Below are positions 12,590 to 22,838 of a stretch of DNA of 61,200 nucleotides, one piece after another. The stretch lies in NCBI GenBank assembly GCA_938085095.1, contig CALKEI010000011.1:1-61200 (forward strand), read 5' to 3'. Every line of letters starts with the position of its first letter. Within the stretch, counting starts at the first letter, position 1. The notes under the pieces are model-generated. The model was given only the letters and a program-made list of their open reading frames with translations, ran no database searches and was not told the DNA's origin. The translations under genes and the position numbers were made by a program. The stretch comes from an uncultured Luminiphilus sp. Lineage in GTDB: Bacteria > Pseudomonadota > Gammaproteobacteria > Pseudomonadales > Halieaceae.

Positions 12590-12621
12590 CAGCCTCCGCA
12601 TGCCTCTGGCATACTGTGGTT

Positions 12622-12996
12622 ATGACTGACTCATCATCATCCGTACCCAAGACCCTGTCTCCCCAATGGAACGAACAAGGGCTGATACCCGCCATCACTC
12701 AGGATGCCGACACCGGCGAAGTGTTGATGTTGGCGTGGATGAATGCCGAGGCGCTAGAGAAAACTCTGACCGGCAAGCAAGTGGTGTATTGGTCTCGCTC
12801 CCGACGGGCGCTTTGGCGCAAGGGTGAGACATCGGGAAATACCCAAGATCTGGTAGACGCACACCTCGATTGTGATGGCGACACGCTGCTACTGCGGGTG
12901 AAGCAACACGGCGCGGGCGCCTGCCACACGGGCCGGCGGACCTGCTTTTTCTACGCGCCCGGAGAAACCGGCTGGCAGTTAACCGAGGACGGCTGA
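12622..12996 (+). CDS. hisI: Phosphoribosyl-AMP cyclohydrolase
   Basis: [32 protein letters not shown]. Confidence 0.95.
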   Translation: MTDSSSSVPKTLSPQWNEQGLIPAITQDADTGEVLMLAWMNAEALEKTLTGKQVVYWSRSRRALWRKGETSGNTQDLVDAHLDCDGDTLLLRVKQHGAGACHTGRRTCFFYAPGETGWQLTEDG

Positions 12997-13350
12997 ATGG
13001 ATGACTTACTGACGGCACTGGACAAAGTGTTGGCCGAGAGAAAAACCGCATCTCCTGACAGTTCCTACGTCGCCTCGCTCCATGCACAAGGTCTCAACAA
13101 GATTCTGGAGAAGGTGGGTGAAGAAGCCACCGAGGTCATTCTTGCCGCCAAGGATGCAGCTGAGAGCGGTGACGCCGACGCTCTGGTAAATGAGGTCGCC
13201 GATCTCTGGTTTCACACAATGGTCATGCTGGGTCACCTCGACCTCGACCATTCTGCGATCCTTAAGGTACTCGACGGCCGGATGGGATTGTCAGGGCTGG
13301 CAGAAAAAGCGGCGCGAAAAGGCCATAATGCGCCGTCAGAAAGCGCTTAA
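12997..13350 (+). CDS. hisE: Phosphoribosyl-ATP diphosphatase
   Basis: [34 protein letters not shown]. Confidence 0.95.
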   Translation: MDDLLTALDKVLAERKTASPDSSYVASLHAQGLNKILEKVGEEATEVILAAKDAAESGDADALVNEVADLWFHTMVMLGHLDLDHSAILKVLDGRMGLSGLAEKAARKGHNAPSESA

Positions 13351-13367
13351 GTACAAGGAGATCGACT

Positions 13368-13586
13368 ATGGGACTGGGCGGAATCAGCATTTGGCAACTC
13401 CTGATCATTCTCGCAATTGTCGTCATGCTGTTTGGCACATCGCGGCTTCGTAATATTGGCGGCGATCTAGGAAGTGCTATCAAAGGCTTTCGCGACAGCA
13501 TGAGCAAGGACAACGCGGACGCCGACAGCGCGGACGCGAACACCGCCGCGCGGGAGGAGACCGACCCCGATAAACCGGCGACGTAA
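13368..13586 (+). CDS. tatA: Twin-arginine translocase TatA
   Basis: [12 protein letters not shown]...[21 protein letters not shown]. Confidence 0.95.
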   Translation: MGLGGISIWQLLIILAIVVMLFGTSRLRNIGGDLGSAIKGFRDSMSKDNADADSADANTAAREETDPDKPAT

Positions 13587-13601
13587 CCGGAGCACGTCAA
13601 C

Positions 13602-14009
13602 GTGTTTGATATCGGCTTCGCCGAGCTCTTGCTGATTGGGGTGGTTGGTCTGTTAGTCGTTGGGCCCGAGCAGTTACCCGGTACTGTGCGCACTATCATC
13701 GCATGGGTTAACCGCTTTCGCCGCAGCTTTGACCAAATCCGGACCGAAGTCCGGCGCGAGTTGCATAACGACGAAATCATGCAAAAACTGAAGGCGGAGT
13801 CGCAGGAACTAGAGCAGCAGGTCCGCGACACCACCCAGTCGATGGAGCGCGAACTTCAGACGCTGGGCACCGAAGGAGCGCCGGCAACGCACGCCGATGC
13901 CGGATCGATCGCCTCGGATCCTCCGGCAAACGGGGTCACGCAGGGTGGGGAGCAAGCGAACCTAGAGCCTGATAACACTCCCGCCGATGCACCCTCTCGA
14001 TCCGCATGA
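13602..14009 (+). CDS. tatB: Twin-arginine translocase TatB
   Basis: [26 protein letters not shown]. Confidence 0.95.
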   Translation: MFDIGFAELLLIGVVGLLVVGPEQLPGTVRTIIAWVNRFRRSFDQIRTEVRRELHNDEIMQKLKAESQELEQQVRDTTQSMERELQTLGTEGAPATHADAGSIASDPPANGVTQGGEQANLEPDNTPADAPSRSA

Positions 14010-14758
14010 GTGACACCACTGAGCATGACGATCCGCCCATGTCGCTGATCGCTCACCTGACCGAGCTTCGCGACCGACTGCTGCGGGCCGTTCTCGCCGT
14101 GTTGATCGGGTTTATTGTGCTGTTCCCGTTCGCCAACGAGATCTACGGGTTCGTCTCGGCGCCACTCAGGGAATTGATGCCAGAAGGATCGACCATGATC
14201 GCCACAGGTGTGGCATCACCGTTTCTGACTCCCTTTAAGCTCAGCCTGGTGCTGGCCATCTTTATGGCAATACCCGTGATCCTCTATCAAATTTGGGGGT
14301 TTGTAGCGCCCGGGCTCTATAAAAAAGAGAAGCGCATCGCAATACCACTGCTCGCCTCTAGCGTGCTGTTGTTCTATGCCGGGGCCGCCTTCGCCTATTT
14401 CATCGTATTTCCACTCATTTTCGCTTTTTTCACCAGTGTCGGCCCCGAAAGCGTTCAGGTGATGACCGACATCAACAGCTATCTCGACTTTGTGCTGAAG
14501 CTGTTTCTCGCCTTCGGCATTGCCTTCGAGATGCCCATCGCGGCCGTTATTCTAATCTGGACAGGGGTTACCAGCCCTGACGCATTGGCGAAAAAACGAC
14601 CGTACATCATCGTCGGCTGCTTCATTTTTGGCATGCTGCTGACTCCGCCGGATGTGATCTCACAGTCACTGCTAGCGATCCCAATGTGGCTGCTCTTTGA
14701 GCTGGGCGTCTTTTTCGGCAGACTATTGGATCCCAAACCTCAGGATACGGGCAAATAA
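14006..14758 (+). CDS. tatC: Twin-arginine translocase TatC
   Basis: [34 protein letters not shown]. Six TM segments. Confidence 0.97.
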   Translation: MSDTTEHDDPPMSLIAHLTELRDRLLRAVLAVLIGFIVLFPFANEIYGFVSAPLRELMPEGSTMIATGVASPFLTPFKLSLVLAIFMAIPVILYQIWGFVAPGLYKKEKRIAIPLLASSVLLFYAGAAFAYFIVFPLIFAFFTSVGPESVQVMTDINSYLDFVLKLFLAFGIAFEMPIAAVILIWTGVTSPDALAKKRPYIIVGCFIFGMLLTPPDVISQSLLAIPMWLLFELGVFFGRLLDPKPQDTGK

Positions 14759-14783
14759 TCACCGGCTCGTTGGAGAAATGAAC

Positions 14784-16577
14784 ATGCGGCTCTTATTTTC
14801 CTGCTTACTCGCGCTATCGGCTTTTTTTCACCCCGCGGCGATGGCGCAAGTCGATACCGAAAAAACTATTGTCGCTGCCAGCGCACAAATTGCAGACGAT
14901 AGGGACCTGACGGCTGCAGAGCTGATCGCGCTCACACGGGAAACGAATCGGGCCTATCACGCATCGATACTGTCAGGTTTTCAGCCCGGCAAAGCACAGA
15001 CACCCCAGCAGGCGCTGATTGCTCTCTACAGCGCGTTTCGTCTGGGCGACCCAGATTCGGCCGCCCTTTATCTCGACTTACGCTATGTCCCTGAATCGAT
15101 AGAAAACATCTCGCCGACAGCACTGGCGAGAGGGCTGCTGTTTATCTTTGCTCAGCAGAATGTGCTGGATCTCAGTCAAATCAGTAGTGAACCCGAGGGC
15201 ACACTGGAAGACGGGCTGCCGGAGGACCTGGAGAAGGCGGGTGCGGTCACCCTTTCACAGGAAGTGATTCCGGTCTACCTGCAGCGCATCGAAGATCCCG
15301 ATGGCACCCTCGTATGGCGGATCGCCAATGAAACGTTAGTGCGCGTACCCGATATGTGGGATGAACTGGGTTACAGCGACCTGGCGGTCTGGCTCTCTAA
15401 CATCCTGCCCGAATTCTACTTTCTGGGCATGGGCAACTTTCAGATCGTCACGCTCCTGTTCACGCTCATCGCGGGGTGGTTTCTCACGGGGTGGATGAGT
15501 CTACTGGTGGCTCGCCTTGGGGATCGATTCGCGAACCCTTGGAAGCACGCGCTGAACCAGTTCCTTCGCGTTCCCCTTCGGCTGCTTCTTTATGTCGCGC
15601 TAATCAGAATCGTCATTGCCAACCTTGGTCTGTCGGTCATTGCCAAAGCCTATCTGGAGTCATCGCCGCTAGAATATCTGGCGGCGGTGATCTTCGTGTT
15701 TGGGCTCCTGAACCTGTATCGGGACTATAAAATTCGCCAGCTAGAATTGCAGGGCGACATCGAATACGTCGCACTCATAAAGCCGGTAGTAGTGATCGTA
15801 CGCATCATCGTAGCGACCACAGGTGTGTTGATGTGGGCTGATCATGCGGGCTTCAATGTTTCGACCCTTATCGCGGGTCTCGGCGTGGGCTCTATTGCCG
15901 TTGCGCTTGCGGCCCAGAAGACGCTCGAGAATGTGATTGGTGCGATCACGCTCTACACCGCGCGCCCGATTCGCCCTGGCGACTGGTGCCGGTTTGGTGA
16001 AATAAAAGGCTCGGTTGAAGAAATCGGATTACGATCTGTCACGTTACGTACCAAAAACCGTACGCTGGTCACCGTCCCCAACTCGATGTTTTCTTCGGCG
16101 GATATCGAGAACTACTCGGTGCGCGATCGCATCCGCTTTTATAAGCTTCTGGAATTGCAGATGCCCTCACCAGATCAGCTGCGCGCCATTCTGGGAGAAT
16201 TCCGGGCGCTGTTTTCGGCACACCCCATGGTGCGCCAGGACACCATCAGTATCCGCCTCACTGACATACAGGCTGCGATAGCGATAATCCGGCTCGATGC
16301 AGGCATCATGACGACCAACTACGAGGACTATCTGGCGGTGGCCGAGGACCTCAATCTGCGGGTGATTGAGATCGTGCATCAAAACGGAGCCATCTTCTCG
16401 GGACCAGGTCAGGTTCTTCAGCTTCGTGACTTTCAACAGGCAGACGACGACAAGCTCCAAGAGGTCGAGGCCAAACTTGACGCGTGGCGACAGGGAGAGG
16501 GGCTACCCTTCCCCGATCTTTCTAGCGAAGAAAAGCAACGGCTCAAAAGCTCGCTGGAATATCCGAACAAAAGCTAA
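14784..16577 (+). CDS. Large MscS-family mechanosensitive channel with N-terminal periplasmic domain
   Basis: Signal peptide, several TMs, and an MscS core (LIAGLGVGSIAVALAAQKTLEN...GDW...GSVEEIGLRS...VPNS...IENYS). Start ATG 14778 or 14784 after GGAG. Confidence 0.88.
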   Translation: MRLLFSCLLALSAFFHPAAMAQVDTEKTIVAASAQIADDRDLTAAELIALTRETNRAYHASILSGFQPGKAQTPQQALIALYSAFRLGDPDSAALYLDLRYVPESIENISPTALARGLLFIFAQQNVLDLSQISSEPEGTLEDGLPEDLEKAGAVTLSQEVIPVYLQRIEDPDGTLVWRIANETLVRVPDMWDELGYSDLAVWLSNILPEFYFLGMGNFQIVTLLFTLIAGWFLTGWMSLLVARLGDRFANPWKHALNQFLRVPLRLLLYVALIRIVIANLGLSVIAKAYLESSPLEYLAAVIFVFGLLNLYRDYKIRQLELQGDIEYVALIKPVVVIVRIIVATTGVLMWADHAGFNVSTLIAGLGVGSIAVALAAQKTLENVIGAITLYTARPIRPGDWCRFGEIKGSVEEIGLRSVTLRTKNRTLVTVPNSMFSSADIENYSVRDRIRFYKLLELQMPSPDQLRAILGEFRALFSAHPMVRQDTISIRLTDIQAAIAIIRLDAGIMTTNYEDYLAVAEDLNLRVIEIVHQNGAIFSGPGQVLQLRDFQQADDDKLQEVEAKLDAWRQGEGLPFPDLSSEEKQRLKSSLEYPNKS

Positions 16578-16680
16578 AGAAGCGCCCTCTCCCATGCGGC
16601 GCAATCTTTTTGACGGCGGTGGGCGTAAACTGTTTCAAGACGGTCATCCCTTTTGATCGACCACTAATGAGCCTCACGCC

Positions 16681-18501
16681 GTGACTGACACCACCATCGA
16701 AACGCCGCCAGACGATGTTGCCAGAGACCGGGCGGACACGCCTCCTCGCGCAAAATCTCTTACGCCCTTAAGAGAATTGCTGGCCTTTCTTTGGCCCCAC
16801 AAAGGTCGGCTACTGGCTGCAAGTGCCGCGCTAATTTTCACCGCGGGCGCTCAGCTGACATTGGGGTATGGCGTCAAGATTCTGATCGATGAGGGTTTCG
16901 CAGGCGGAGACGCCTCAGGGCTCTACAAGGCCGTCACCTTTATGCTGGTCATCGGTGTCGCCATGGCCATCGGCGCCATGACGCGCTTTTATCTGGTGTC
17001 TTGGCTGGGAGAGCGCGTCAGCGCAGACCTGCGCGGTGCGGTGTTTAATAATCTCGTCCACATGCAGCCCAGCTATTTTGAAAGCAATCACTCGGGCGAA
17101 ATTATGTCTCGGCTGACGACCGATACCACGCTGCTACAAACGCTGATCGGCTCCTCCGTGAGTCTCGCAGTGCGCAATGCCCTGACCCTGACCGGGGCGC
17201 TGACGTTGATGGTGATCACTAACTTCAAACTGAGCCTGGTCATTCTGGTCGCCGTACCCGTCACAATCCTGCCCATCCTCATATTTGGCCGCCGCGTGCG
17301 AAAGCTCTCGAACAAGAGCCAGCAGACCATCGCCGAGGTAGGCAGCCATGCGGGAGAAATTTTCCAATCGATCAAGGTGGTACAGAGCTTCAACCGCGAG
17401 ACCGCTGAGAAAACCGCGTTCGGACGGGACGTAGAACAGGCCTTTACCGTCGCCCGCTCCAGAGTGCTGCAGCGGGCGTTGCTGACAGGCTTTGCTATTT
17501 TTCTGCTGATGGGCGGCATGGTCGGCATGATGTGGTCGGGCGGCGTGGACGTGATCGAAGGCCGCATGACGGGCGGTGAGCTCGGCGCCTTCGTCTTTTA
17601 CGCGATCATGGTGGGCACGGCCTTCGCCACACTTTCAGAAGTGTGGGGCGACCTGCAACGCGCCGCGGGCGCAGCCGAACGTCTGATTGAGCTCCTCCGG
17701 GAGACCAGCGAGATTCCCGATACGGGCACCACTGTACCGGCAAGCCAAAAAGCCGTGGCCTTTGATGGGGTGCATTTTGCCTATCCCAGTCGACCCGCTC
17801 ATCCCGCTTTAAGTGCCTTCACACTGGACATCCAGCACGGCGAGTCGGTGGCGCTAGTGGGGCCGTCGGGGGCGGGCAAGTCGACGGTCTTTGAACTGAT
17901 GCTGCGATTTTATGATCCGATCGCTGGGGCCATTCGCTTTGGCGGTGTCGATCTGCGCGACATCCCGCTCGACAGCTGGCGTCAGAAGATCGCTCTCGTG
18001 CCCCAGCAACCGGCGCTTTTCTCTGGCGATATTCTTTACAACATTGCCTATGGTGCCAGTGACTCGAGCCTGCAGGCCGTCGAAGCCGCAGCGCAAATGG
18101 CCCATGCCCATGAGTTTATCAATAGCCTTCCCGACGGTTACCACAGTCATTTGGGTGCGCAAGGGGTTCGGCTGTCGGGCGGGCAGCGCCAACGGATCGC
18201 GCTGGCTCGCGCCATTCTCGCTGACCCGGAACTGTTGCTGCTTGACGAGGCCACCAGCGCGCTGGACACCGAGAGCGAATGGCACGTTCAACAGGCGCTC
18301 AAGGAAATTATGCAAGGGCGCACCACTGTCGTGATTGCCCATCGACTCTCAACAGTGATCAATGCCGACCGCATTATCGTGATGGAAGCAGGCAGCGTAG
18401 TAGACAGCGGACGGCATGACGAGCTCATGGCTCGATGTGACCTGTATCAACGTCTGGCGAGACTGCAGTTTGAGGTTGAGGCACCCGCAACCACTGGATA
18501 A
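16681..18501 (+). CDS. MsbA-related ABC exporter (fused permease/ATPase)
   Basis: Six-TM domain, GPSGAGKS Walker A, LSGGQRQR signature, LLLDEATSALD Walker B, IAHRLST. Confidence 0.92.
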   Translation: MTDTTIETPPDDVARDRADTPPRAKSLTPLRELLAFLWPHKGRLLAASAALIFTAGAQLTLGYGVKILIDEGFAGGDASGLYKAVTFMLVIGVAMAIGAMTRFYLVSWLGERVSADLRGAVFNNLVHMQPSYFESNHSGEIMSRLTTDTTLLQTLIGSSVSLAVRNALTLTGALTLMVITNFKLSLVILVAVPVTILPILIFGRRVRKLSNKSQQTIAEVGSHAGEIFQSIKVVQSFNRETAEKTAFGRDVEQAFTVARSRVLQRALLTGFAIFLLMGGMVGMMWSGGVDVIEGRMTGGELGAFVFYAIMVGTAFATLSEVWGDLQRAAGAAERLIELLRETSEIPDTGTTVPASQKAVAFDGVHFAYPSRPAHPALSAFTLDIQHGESVALVGPSGAGKSTVFELMLRFYDPIAGAIRFGGVDLRDIPLDSWRQKIALVPQQPALFSGDILYNIAYGASDSSLQAVEAAAQMAHAHEFINSLPDGYHSHLGAQGVRLSGGQRQRIALARAILADPELLLLDEATSALDTESEWHVQQALKEIMQGRTTVVIAHRLSTVINADRIIVMEAGSVVDSGRHDELMARCDLYQRLARLQFEVEAPATTG

Positions 18502-18592
18502 AAGTGCGCTTGAGCGATCGCTTGCCGGCGCACCCTGACCATGGCGCGCTCATGCAAGGGGGTGACGATCAGTCGAGCAAGCAGCTCTTATC

Positions 18593-18952
18593 TCACTTGG
18601 GCTCGATCATTAGGTAGGCCACGGTGGTGTCGCCAATATTGAGCGCCTCATGCCAGGCGATGCCGTCACTGGAAAAATAGCTACCCGTCGCCAGCTTCGC
18701 CTCTCGGGTGCCGCTGGCATCGGTAACGCGCATGGTGCCACCGGAGAGCGCATAGCCAAAGTGTTTGGGATGAAAGTGGCGCTCGTGCCCGACACCGGGT
18801 GGGAAGGTGCAGCGGAGAATCCTCATTTTCGCCGTTTCATGAATTTTTTCGCAGACGGACCTACCCTGCCACCCCGCTTGCAGCGGATCGGGCAGAGTGT
18901 CCGCATGAGCGACAGACACGAACAGTAAAAATAGTAGGGCGGGCACTTTCAT
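18593..18952 (-). CDS. Secreted cupin-domain protein
   Basis: Signal peptide MKVPALLFLLFVSVAHA. Cupin motifs FPPGVGHERHFHP...LSGGTM and WHEALNIGD. Confidence 0.75.
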   Translation of the reverse strand: MKVPALLFLLFVSVAHADTLPDPLQAGWQGRSVCEKIHETAKMRILRCTFPPGVGHERHFHPKHFGYALSGGTMRVTDASGTREAKLATGSYFSSDGIAWHEALNIGDTTVAYLMIEPK

Positions 18953-19024
18953 AAGGTGTCTCTTGGATCCTATACGGCAGTTCGGACACGCTACCTTACC
19001 GAATTGGCTATATAACCCGAAGAA

Positions 19025-19061
19025 CAATTCGACCCTTCAATCCACCAGTCAATTCGACCCT
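19025..19061. repeat. 12-bp direct repeat CAATTCGACCCT (2 copies, 25-bp period)
   Basis: Exact copies at 19025-19036 and 19050-19061, upstream of the cupin gene. Confidence 0.8.
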
Positions 19062-19094
19062 GAAGTCAGATTGCATGCGCCAACCGGCAAGGCT

Positions 19095-19126
19095 AAAAAG
19101 CAAAAACCCCGCACTGGGCGGGGTTT
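19095..19126 (-). terminator. Intrinsic terminator after pntB
   Basis: AAACCCCGC-N5-GCGGGGTTT hairpin at 19104-19126, followed on the minus strand by TTGCTTTTT. Confidence 0.8.
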
Positions 19127-19145
19127 CGTTGTAGCTTGTCTGTCA

Positions 19146-20504
19146 TCAGCTGAACTCTCGCACCAGCCCGCCAATGCTTTCCTTCGCGTCGCCAAATAGC
19201 ATACGAGTGTTGTCCTTATAGAACAGCGGGTTCTCGATACCGGCAAAACCTGACGCCATCGAGCGCTTGAGCACGAACACCGTGCGCGCGTCGGCAACGT
19301 TGATCACCGGCATGCCATAAATGGGAGAAGACTCCACCTCACGCGCAGCCGGGTTCACCACGTCGTTGGCGCCGATCACGATCGCCACGTCGACGGTCTC
19401 CATACGCGGATTGATCTCGTCCATCTCGAGCAGCTGGTCATAGGGCACATCTGCTTCAGCGAGTAGCACGTTCATGTGGCCCGGCATACGTCCCGCTACG
19501 GGGTGAATACCGAAGTTGACCTCGCAGCCGTTTTTCTCGAGCAGCTCGGTAAGCTCCTTCACCACGTGCTGCGCCTGGGCCACCGCCATGCCGTAACCTG
19601 GAATAATCGCTACGTTGGTCGCAGCTTCCAGCACGTAGTAAGCGTCATCGACAGAAATAGGCTTGATCTCGCCCTCGACCACGGTCTCTTCGGTTGACAC
19701 GCTGGCGAAGCCTGAAAAGAGCACATTAGAGAGCGAGCGGTTCATTGCCTTGCACATGATCTGGGTCAGGATGATGCCCGAAGCACCCACCAGTGAGCCC
19801 GCCACGATCAGCGCGTTATTGTTAATCGCGAAACCCGCCGCACAGGCCGCCAGGCCAGAATATGAGTTCAGCAGTGAAATCACCACCGGCATGTCTGCAC
19901 CACCAATGGGAATCACGGCCATCACACCAAACAGCAGTGAGAGGCCAATGACCATATACAGCCAGTTGGGGTCAGTCGGGTTCAGGCAGAACATGGCCGC
20001 GCCGCCCACAATCCCAAGCACCACCAGTGAGTTGACGATTTGCTGCCCCGAGAAGGTAATTGCGCCGCTGCCAATGGTCTCCGACAGCTTGCCCCAGGCG
20101 ATGAGCGAGCCCGTGAGGGTCACGCCACCGATCAGGATCGACAGCACGATCGTCACCAGCGTGAAAATAGCAGCATCCGCAGAGAGTGCCGACCAGCCTA
20201 CGAGGAGCGACGCCGCTCCACCGAGGCCATTAAATAGCGCCACCATCTCGGGCATCGAGGTCATAGCGACCGCGCGCGCTGCAATCGCACCGATCGCACC
20301 ACCCACCACCATGCCGGCAGCGATGTAAGTGAAATCAACAATGCCCTGATCGAGCAGCGCTGAAACGATCGCCACCAACATACCGACCGCCGAGATCATG
20401 TTGCCGCGGCGCGCCGTCGCGGGTGAACCCAGCATTTTTAATCCGAAAATAAACAGACCTGCCGCAACGACGTAGCCCAGTTGTGTCATCAGTTCAGTCG
20501 TCAT
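19146..20504 (-). CDS. pntB: NAD(P)+ transhydrogenase subunit beta
   Basis: MPEMVALFNGLGG, IGGADMPVVISLLNSYSG, PGYGMAVAQAQ, HPVAGRMPGHMNVLLAEA, GANDVVNP. Confidence 0.97.
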   Translation of the reverse strand: MTTELMTQLGYVVAAGLFIFGLKMLGSPATARRGNMISAVGMLVAIVSALLDQGIVDFTYIAAGMVVGGAIGAIAARAVAMTSMPEMVALFNGLGGAASLLVGWSALSADAAIFTLVTIVLSILIGGVTLTGSLIAWGKLSETIGSGAITFSGQQIVNSLVVLGIVGGAAMFCLNPTDPNWLYMVIGLSLLFGVMAVIPIGGADMPVVISLLNSYSGLAACAAGFAINNNALIVAGSLVGASGIILTQIMCKAMNRSLSNVLFSGFASVSTEETVVEGEIKPISVDDAYYVLEAATNVAIIPGYGMAVAQAQHVVKELTELLEKNGCEVNFGIHPVAGRMPGHMNVLLAEADVPYDQLLEMDEINPRMETVDVAIVIGANDVVNPAAREVESSPIYGMPVINVADARTVFVLKRSMASGFAGIENPLFYKDNTRMLFGDAKESIGGLVREFS

Positions 20505-20506
20505 GA

Positions 20507-20791
20507 TCAGTCCTCCTTCTTCTTGAAGAAGCCGAGCATGCGGTCGGTCACCATGTAACCACCCACGACATTAATGCTGGCCAGCGTCACAGCACCGACA
20601 CCCAGCCACATGGCCATGTTTTCGCTGCCGGTACCCGCCAGTGCCACAGCACCGACTACGGTAATTCCCGAGATTGCATTAGCACCTGACATCAGTGGCG
20701 TATGCAAGGTAGCGGGAACTTTATTAATCAGTTCAAAGCCGAGGAAGATCGACAGCATCAGGATAAACAGCAAATACTCTGCACCGGACAT
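20507..20791 (-). CDS. pntAB: NAD(P)+ transhydrogenase subunit alpha part 2 (membrane)
   Basis: VPATLHTPLMSGANAISG and NVVGGYMVTDRML. Confidence 0.93.
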   Translation of the reverse strand: MSGAEYLLFILMLSIFLGFELINKVPATLHTPLMSGANAISGITVVGAVALAGTGSENMAMWLGVGAVTLASINVVGGYMVTDRMLGFFKKKED

Positions 20792-20792
20792 A

Positions 20793-21935
20793 TCAGTTGC
20801 CCCCCTCTATGATTTCTTTGATGGTGGGGTGCACAATTGCACCGCCATGGGTGATGACACAGCCCGGTAGAATATCGTTCTCAAGGTCGAGTACGAATCG
20901 CTTGGACTCGGTATCCCAGGTGTCCTCCACGAGGTTGAACATGTTACTCGCGTACATCTGGGTGGCATCGCCGGGCGCCAAGTTGGCGAGATTAGCGGTA
21001 CCGACAATGGTTACGCCATTCACCTCTACCACTGCGTCGGGGGCTGAGCCTTCTACGTTACCGCCGGTCTCGGCCGCCATATCGACCACTACAGAGCCTG
21101 GCGCCATTCCTTCAACCATGTCTGCGGTCACCAGTACAGGGGGCTTGCGGCCAAAAACCTGCGCGGTCGTAATCACCACGTCAGACTCCGCAATCACCGC
21201 CTTTTGCGCCTGTCGCTGAATCTCGACTTGCTCGGGGGTCAGCTCCTTCGCGTAACCGTCAGCCGTTTGACCGGTATCGCCCAGATCGATCTCAAGGAAT
21301 TTTGCCCCGAGTGATTCAACCTGTTCCGCCACCACCGGGCGTGTATCAAATGCTGTGACCCGCGCACCCAATCGCTTCGCTGTCGCGATCGCCTGAAGGC
21401 CTGCGACACCCGCACCAATAATAAAAACCTTGGCAGGCTTTAGCGTGCCTGCGGGAGTCATCATCATGGGCATGATGCGCGGCATGTGATTCGCCGCGAG
21501 CATCACCGCCACGTAACCGGCGAGGTTGGCTTGCGAACTCAGCGCATCCATCTTTTGGCTACGAGTCGAGCGAGGAATCATTTCCATACTCACCGCCGTC
21601 ACGTTCTGGCTCGCAAAGGCTTTGATCAAATCCTTTTCATTGAAGGGGTCCAGATAAGACACGTGAATACAGCCCGCTTTGAGCTCGCTGATCTCGTCCA
21701 TCTCAGGCTTTCGCAACCGTAGCACCATGTCTGCGCTACCGAGGATCGCAGAGCGATCAGCGCTGATGCTAGCTCCCGCTGCTTCATAGTCTGAATCACT
21801 GATGCCGGCACCTGTGCCCGCACCTGATTCAATCACGACGTCGGCACCGAGCCGCACTAACTTTTTGACCGTCTCGGCGGTGGCCGAGACGCGATTTTCA
21901 CCCGGTTGGGTTTCACGGGGTATAACTAGCTGCAT
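20793..21935 (-). CDS. pntAA: NAD(P)+ transhydrogenase subunit alpha part 1 (dI domain)
   Basis: RETQPGENRVS, RSQKMDALSSQANLAGY, IGAGVAGLQAIATAKRLGA, DMAAETGGN. Confidence 0.95.
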   Translation of the reverse strand: MQLVIPRETQPGENRVSATAETVKKLVRLGADVVIESGAGTGAGISDSDYEAAGASISADRSAILGSADMVLRLRKPEMDEISELKAGCIHVSYLDPFNEKDLIKAFASQNVTAVSMEMIPRSTRSQKMDALSSQANLAGYVAVMLAANHMPRIMPMMMTPAGTLKPAKVFIIGAGVAGLQAIATAKRLGARVTAFDTRPVVAEQVESLGAKFLEIDLGDTGQTADGYAKELTPEQVEIQRQAQKAVIAESDVVITTAQVFGRKPPVLVTADMVEGMAPGSVVVDMAAETGGNVEGSAPDAVVEVNGVTIVGTANLANLAPGDATQMYASNMFNLVEDTWDTESKRFVLDLENDILPGCVITHGGAIVHPTIKEIIEGGN

Positions 21936-22071
21936 AGTGAGGGTCGCCTGGTTTTTAAGGGATCACTGCGATCCCGGTATTATTGGATTTCCAGTCGGCT
22001 GATCTAAACGGGCGGTCGCTTGGCAGGAGCTGAAACCCTCACAGCGCCACTGGAGACGAGTCGGTGAAAAA

Positions 22072-22725
22072 TCAGCCCGCGCGAAGTTTCAGTAGCGGGT
22101 TGAGCCAGCGGTGTCGCAACCGAGTGAATTGAAGCGGCGCATCCAGCACCGCTAGACAAATGCACTCTTCACCTTCTAATGCGACCGGGGTGTGCTTGTC
22201 CCACCCCTCCCGAACGATGAAATCACCCTGATGGTACTCACCGCTCTCATCGGCAAAACCACCATGCAGCACCAGCGTCATTTCTCGGCCGCCGTGGGTA
22301 TGCTCAGGAATGCGGCCACCCTCAGCGATGCGATACAACGCAAACTCGTGATTGGGGTCGCCGGTTTTCAGGTAACTGATGCTCAGAGATTGCGTCACGC
22401 GCTTCCACACCAGATCAGCATAATCGCCGTTGATCAGGCGATCGAGTAAACCGGGTAGGCGCGTATCAGACGCTTCGCTCGGCGCATAGCGCAGGGGCTG
22501 CGGGTCATCGAGGCGCGCCAGCACACGCTCAAGCAGGGAATCCCCCACTGGTTGCGGGTCCAGCCGCTCAAAATGAGCACCGCCAATGTCCTCGAGTCTA
22601 TCTACCGACTGACGACACCGCTGACAATAACTCAGGTGAGCCGACACGCATGCGGATTCGGCGACGGGCAACGCCCCAGCGGCGTACTCCGTCAGAAAAT
22701 CTGTTGGGGGATGATGTTGCACCAT
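22072..22725 (-). CDS. chrR: ChrR-family zinc anti-sigma factor (ZAS + cupin)
   Basis: N-terminal HHP...HLSYCQRC (HxxxCxxC). C-terminal cupin IPEHTHGGREMTLVLHGGF...HTP...CIC. Downstream of the ECF sigma gene. Confidence 0.92.
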   Translation of the reverse strand: MVQHHPPTDFLTEYAAGALPVAESACVSAHLSYCQRCRQSVDRLEDIGGAHFERLDPQPVGDSLLERVLARLDDPQPLRYAPSEASDTRLPGLLDRLINGDYADLVWKRVTQSLSISYLKTGDPNHEFALYRIAEGGRIPEHTHGGREMTLVLHGGFADESGEYHQGDFIVREGWDKHTPVALEGEECICLAVLDAPLQFTRLRHRWLNPLLKLRAG

Positions 22726-22761
22726 GGTTCTCTAATCCAAACTACTCTCTTATAGGTGAAC

Positions 22762-22789
22762 GTTACGAGGGTCGTGCGCAAACGGTTTA
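22762..22789 (-). promoter_or_regulatory. Putative ECF11 (RpoE) promoter upstream of chrR
   Basis: Minus strand TAAACC-N16-CGTAAC. Same -10 hexamer and spacer as the two other ECF11-like promoters in the locus, but a degenerate -35. Confidence 0.55.
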
Positions 22790-22838
22790 CTCCCCGACAC
22801 CAATAAACTTGTGACTTTCTGGGGGCTTTTCATCGGTA

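Noticed and set aside
13571-13587. TAAACC...CGTAAC at the end of tatA (also CGTAAC at 39285)
   Set aside because: The spacer is only 5 nt at tatA, and there is no matching -35 at 39285, so neither is an ECF11 promoter.
18515-18585. Long imperfect hairpin between the convergent ABC exporter and cupin genes
   Set aside because: Weak, interrupted pairing with no U-tract and no second copy in the window. At most a 3'-end stabiliser.
19146-21935. Split pntA as a frameshift or pseudogene
   Set aside because: Three-gene pntAA/pntAB/pntB is a well-known natural architecture, and both parts are intact with their own starts.
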